From the UHGV virus genome UHGV-0105104: DNA of 46,666 bases, one strand, 5' to 3'. The position numbers and the translations under genes were made by a program. The notes under the pieces were generated by a model that was not told where the DNA came from, made no database searches, and saw nothing but the letters and a program-made list of their open reading frames with translations. The first letter of the stretch is position 1; each line of letters starts with the position of its first letter. Positions 46,096 through 46,666 of this stretch are shown piece by piece. This DNA is from a virus.

Positions 46096-46666
46096 TACAG
46101 CGCGGTTTGCGCGCCGTAGCCGTTGAAAACTTTGCTTCGACCATTGAAATCCTTACGGATTTGCAGGCCCATAGCGGCCCAGGTCAGGAAGTTAAAGTTA
46201 GCGTGAGGCGTGGTACGCGGCTCTGCATAGGTAGATACCGGCTGAGCGACGCGAGGGCGGATATACAGCGCATTCTTCACATAGCCGACGAAATGGTTCC
46301 CGGTCAGCTTGAAGTTGGTGCCGATAGACGCGATGCGGCCAACGTTGCCGGTTTTTCCGAATGCGAGGATATAATCCTCAATGGTGCCGCCTTTGAAGCC
46401 TGCCGCGTTGGAATACGGGCGGCTGAAGGAGCGGCGCACAGACGGAGAAACCCACAGAGTAACCGGCTCGAACACGTTCTGCGCATCCAGAACCGCCTGG
46501 AAATCCTGGTTGAAGAACTTAACGATTTCATCAGGAGTTGCCGTTTGCAGGTCGATATTCAGCGCGCCAATGCCGGAGGTACTCAGGTTGAGCTGCACGG
46601 TGTTCGGGTGGTTGGTGATGCCGTAAGCAGTATAAACGCCGTTCACGTTCAGGCTTGCATCGCCGA
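46095..46666 (-). CDS. major capsid protein, C-terminal part (continues from 1..517)
   Basis: No stop upstream to the window edge; frame joins the ORF starting at 517 across the circular junction. Confidence 0.65.
   Translation of the reverse strand, partial: GDASLNVNGVYTAYGITNHPNTVQLNLSTSGIGALNIDLQTATPDEIVKFFNQDFQAVLDAQNVFEPVTLWVSPSVRRSFSRPYSNAAGFKGGTIEDYILAFGKTGNVGRIASIGTNFKLTGNHFVGYVKNALYIRPRVAQPVSTYAEPRTTPHANFNFLTWAAMGLQIRKDFNGRSKVFNGYGAQTAL

Noticed and set aside
1-46666. Integrase, attP or repressor genes indicating a prophage
   Set aside because: No tyrosine or serine recombinase-like ORF and no CI-like repressor found; the genome ends join inside the capsid gene rather than at an att site.

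Overview
The window appears to be a complete, circularly closed ~46.7 kb genome of a tailed phage (siphovirus-type, lambda/T1-like tail module) infecting an enterobacterial-type host. It is circular because the major capsid gene is split across the two ends of the window and joins in frame. No integrase or repressor was found, so it is probably virulent. Layout: a long minus-strand late operon (small genes, TerS, an intein-containing TerL, portal, MuF-like, lysis cassette, scaffold, decoration, MCP, neck proteins, major tail protein, tape measure, M/L/K/J-like tip proteins, a beta-helix tailspike), and a plus-strand early/replication block at 18.1-28.5 kb (putative initiator, Toprim primase, SF2 helicase, VRR-NUC, PD-(D/E)XK exonuclease with an Erf annealase, SSB). 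Interleaved are five plus-strand moron islands, each with its own promoter carrying a shared TTGACGTAGATTGA motif and its own terminator. Selfish elements are unusually dense: five HNH/AP2 homing-endonuclease genes plus a LAGLIDADG intein inserted in the terminase Walker-A loop. Two of the HNH genes begin with a duplicated ~135 bp module that encodes a zinc ribbon in a frame +1 relative to the HNH body. The most interesting items are: (1) a moron island at 43.4-45.0 kb encoding a half-size homolog of the bacterial DnaN beta sliding clamp that keeps exactly the segments forming the clamp's partner-binding pocket; (2) a GAGTTCCC iteron array around an AT-rich core between the divergent late and early operons (candidate origin); (3) an [CT]AGATTG operator-like motif family at every promoter, including a perfect palindrome over the early -10; (4) a Lar-type anti-restriction gene and a MazG-like NTP pyrophosphohydrolase. 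No rRNA, tRNA or CRISPR was found.
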